37,450 bases of DNA from an uncultured Methanosarcinales archaeon (GTDB lineage: Archaea; Nanobdellota; Nanobdellia; Woesearchaeales; DATDXC01): contig CAZDZV010000001.1 of the NCBI GenBank assembly GCA_964510025.1, forward strand, positions 127,949 to 165,398, given 5' to 3'. Shown piece after piece: positions 36,301 to 37,450 of the stretch (positions are counted from its first letter, which is position 1; each line of letters opens with the position of its first letter). The position numbers were made by a program, and so were the translations under genes. The notes below the pieces were generated by a model. That model had not been told where the DNA came from and ran no database searches. It was given only the letters and a program-made list of their open reading frames with translations.

Positions 36301-37450
36301 TCATATGATTGTGAATTCATGACTCTTCCGGTTATTTCGACGCCTACATCAGACCTTCCTGTTACGGTAAGGTAGGTTGTGTTAACGACTTCTCCGTCAT
36401 CGGGATAGGTAATCAGAAGAGGCGGCCTTGTATCATCATATGTTATCGTTACAATCTCTGGAGAGGACATTATATTATAAGCATAGTCTCTGCATTTGAT
36501 GTAGTAATCATGGGTGCCGTTGATGGTCGCCATTATTGTTGCTTCGGAGGCAGATGGGAATTCATTTGCAGCAGGCATCTGATCATACCCTAGATTTTCC
36601 GAACTCCACCTGCATATAGCCTCCTCGTCCGTCTCTATGCTTATTGTTACACTGTTGTCCTGTGAGTTTACAAAATCCCTTTCCTGGTACAGATCTATGA
36701 TTTGAGGAGGTACTGTGTCTATCGTAAGGTTGATGCTCCAGGTCTTTGGAGAGCCTAGAGTCCCTTGGTCATCTAGGGCGGCTGTTAGCCTGAATACATA
36801 TGTCTGATCAGCCGTTAGGGATCCGGTATCATAGTTGAAGTCATAATATTCATGGACAGTACTTATGTCGCTGGTAACATCCACCCCATCGAAATTTGCA
36901 GACTGAATCACTATATGCTCATTAAGCGGGAACTTAACAGAGAATGAATTGTCCAAGGTATGCGAATACCAGTCGGTTATAGATGTGTTAAAGGCATTTA
37001 TCACAGTGAAAAATGGTTCAGATGGAATTGTTGTGTCGATGGTAAAGCTCCATTCTAAGTGTGCCTTATTACCTAGATTGTCCCTTACACCTACTAAAGC
37101 AGAATAGGTACCTTCCCAATATTCTCCTCTGCAGAAGCTTGTATCGGCTATATCAAAAGATACAACATCATTTTCAAATACAAGGTGATCTTCAATCTTC
37201 AGGTTATTTATGCTGCAGGGTCCGCTAATGTTCATTGATATTGATGCCTGGTCTATACCTGTAACATTGTCAATCAGCTCTGCCTGAATAAGTGTCCTAT
37301 TTTGATTTATCACCGACCCATGCTGGGGAAAAGCATTTCTTATAAGGGGTGCTCTAGAATCCATGTCTAAATTAACTATCTTGATGTCTTGCTGATAACG
37401 GGAATCATTTGCCTTCAACCAGACTAGATTACTGCCTTCAGCCACGCCTA
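30378..37450 (-). CDS. Giant Ig-like repeat surface protein or adhesin (>2355 aa; 5' end lies beyond the window)
   Basis: The frame is open to the window edge and the GTG at 37445 has no signal peptide after it. Many ~90-100-aa beta-sandwich units end in A.D..GN......F.ID...P. Many N-x-S/T sequons. ATGA overlap with the downstream gene. Confidence 0.88.
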   Translation of the reverse strand, partial: GVAEGSNLVWLKANDSRYQQDIKIVNLDMDSRAPLIRNAFPQHGSVINQNRTLIQAELIDNVTGIDQASISMNISGPCSINNLKIEDHLVFENDVVSFDIADTSFCRGEYWEGTYSALVGVRDNLGNKAHLEWSFTIDTTIPSEPFFTVINAFNTSITDWYSHTLDNSFSVKFPLNEHIVIQSANFDGVDVTSDISTVHEYYDFNYDTGSLTADQTYVFRLTAALDDQGTLGSPKTWSINLTIDTVPPQIIDLYQERDFVNSQDNSVTISIETDEEAICRWSSENLGYDQMPAANEFPSASEATIMATINGTHDYYIKCRDYAYNIMSSPEIVTITYDDTRPPLLITYPDDGEVVNTTYLTVTGRSDVGVEITGRVMNSQSYDAQNILNTPADEEVSINAQAFQEDTISINLTSKLRLINNDETNYKIVLPDSSKQELPSGESLEIEFDAIGTYSYGLEFSGHRLASELDVHVLEVDNDFSLDLELPLTVNRINVTARNIQQNVRHKDFFVFYDVKPPTVVPLAPAAQTTVTDIRPTIRAEIADINSIDTGSIIMKINGKEVTENNGTLGLPPPDGGTVSFTPYFDLMEGLNNVQIGVADATGNYNVTSWSFRIDTRAPSAPSWWLCEDILIHEHDFLFNDSLCIEVRFNEEVNPVAASHDFLSTDQTRNKTYRYSGRFPEGSVEISIDVEDMFGNSGTYIRNFVIDKTAPIINDNTPTSATNAKSVRINGKVTEENLDTLKINGRKINYLPDNSYSEEYPLMHGLTSFVIEATDKAGQKAAVALAIESDQNPPTFGDFAAVMDGSMLEINFTASEALAAEPSVKIKGLGTALLSIKDNNKYRYTMSITGEQSGSYQLNISGEDLTGNWGSYQQQIGIDTIPPKFANSYPAEGHIKGGQNQYVHVYIEGDWSGINASSIRMKINNEQVAFDYNPITGKVEYYNSSMPDGIYTVLVGAEDNYQNYNEIIWQFNIQASALYDPIFYLNGAQAGYPNFIGEDGVNISILYNQEVTVDSIKLDSISRSGLAKINDSFYSIRFDPIDDGAHKLEINCHNSDMNENHAHILFTVDTVPPAITITSPQHNSASGDVSVLIEGEFLEENLESIKIIGDIIGGQLYLDDEINKPANSFAAEVLINGTDEVASKNITALITDKLGRTSQDSIGIIYDSRQPYLVAQISPLKQYNLYDGITSQPLHISGITNISSLVEVFINGVIKESTIASDGTFNFTVQLMSHNPNELNIVSTNQLGIKNTISKAIIYDNIKPDIVNPRPRDTTVLTTKPEIKATLSDNFGINSTSAMLMLDGSVVGMATGQYSVTMTRISYVPGTDITEGQHVVEMNVSDIAGNNRHTNDWQFAIDTSAPDFDGFYLCNDVPVPGYINNTKPCFLAKFNEDVEILQPDYFVDIDGSVFRYEVTDEKEEGRAYDLSVTARNSAGKIATYSIQYMIDTSAPVVSYIESEDYSTDASLNFSFGLEYSRGADVVDCYIMINDSTGSQVLFTATNTLFEHTWFGAQNNKTYYAHIMCVDAAGNFGEYQSTPPIKVDTQAPVVTSLQDSGLYSTGMLNFTFSAYDMETEIDICEIQIADNLQFHSPRTAELLPGTHLFSGDNGVTYYARVRCTDRAGNAATYTNPTDGLMIDISPPMIHSLIPNPNSIIGDRKPLVLARYMDLQSGVDIQQVQLLLDGVEPASYLINIDKIEYMPVTNLTVSDHELQLTITDNAGNTVTEVWSFVIDESAPSSPSIQPDGYVNNTPTISIQFSEPEINMTKISLNKGGDEIYSWPPMESSAFDAAISAPLDDGLYEVLVKARKMLETMEWGAEGTYHGYFTVDTTPPEITLDALPQISPELTIAVSGSCSDNTGLGDNDVYIYEDDLDNLLGWSSCSGGSFSTNVQLNEPDGNKTIIAVIEDLAGNVNSATEMTLLDRRIPSISILDIINNDIQYNPSDSYYKTNDETITIVGAHSYAELGINVDINGIDKSAFIEKGPEHFNITVDLPLFHGQEVRNNITITGTGRNQKTSSSSIIISTDLKGPEIVGFHPETYATSDRTPTIEIQTDESAACTLDYTPSSGLPDSVEFTSSDGLVHSSTIRFGLPTAYVEAGIESAVIIACQDSFGNMMNHTIILNVDIVAPTIIDITQTRSNYELAGSTATSRTYMLYEDPRTKLNILTNESTICKYDDLHTNFTLMENRFGDQYVSEHLNQQDLILEEGLNTYYIACADKAANVAATWTVNLHYMPIVSVIIMSPTISEYIFEENPVMSFLTNKMSRCSISSDQDIYLYDNSSVVANFIATDEGSFFRHTARLSASQTALEGLPDKTTYTITVECEPLQPDVEPNSFNLVFTSWYEGPNATEITII

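Noticed and set aside
37443..37445. GTG at 37445 as the start of the giant Ig protein
   Set aside because: The frame stays open to the window edge and no signal peptide follows, so the gene is 5'-truncated by the window.
1..37450. tRNA/rRNA genes, IS elements, integrases, prophage, archaellum operon
   Set aside because: Intergenic gaps are short and show no cloverleaf or terminal inverted repeats. No transposase, integrase, capsid, ArlI/ArlJ or archaellin-type sequence was recognised.

Overview
Gene-dense archaeal chromosomal segment, most likely a DPANN lineage such as Woesearchaeota. The lineage is inferred from BRE-TATA promoters, GGAGG/GAGGTG Shine-Dalgarno (SD) sites, an archaeal RPA, a RIO1 kinase, S-layer-type domains and many class III signal peptides. 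Apart from a few housekeeping genes (rio1 fragment, rpa, a YdjM-like hydrolase, a SpoIIM/DUF95 membrane protein), the window encodes cell-surface proteins. About 16 genes carry class III (type IV pilin-like) N-termini, in a 4-gene plus-strand operon (8107-12406) and a long minus-strand run (27554-14613). Two Ig/Ca-binding adhesin-like giants precede that run and a 2049-aa repeat protein closes it. Main observations: (1) a pilin-like protein fused to an apparently intact Amidase_3 peptidoglycan amidase domain, head-to-head with a SpoIIM-family gene; (2) pilin-like proteins carrying glycine-zipper or hydrophobic hairpins; (3) a frameshifted pilin copy lacking its hydrophobic helix next to an intact paralog; (4) two micro-pilin ORFs missed by the ORF track; (5) a candidate ~120-nt sRNA built from two anti-SD-plus-hairpin units. 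Together these suggest a host- or prey-contact apparatus that may act on bacterial cell walls, which is inference. No assembly ATPase, platform protein, prepilin peptidase, tRNA, rRNA, CRISPR array or mobile element was seen. All domain calls come from motif recognition by eye, not database searches.
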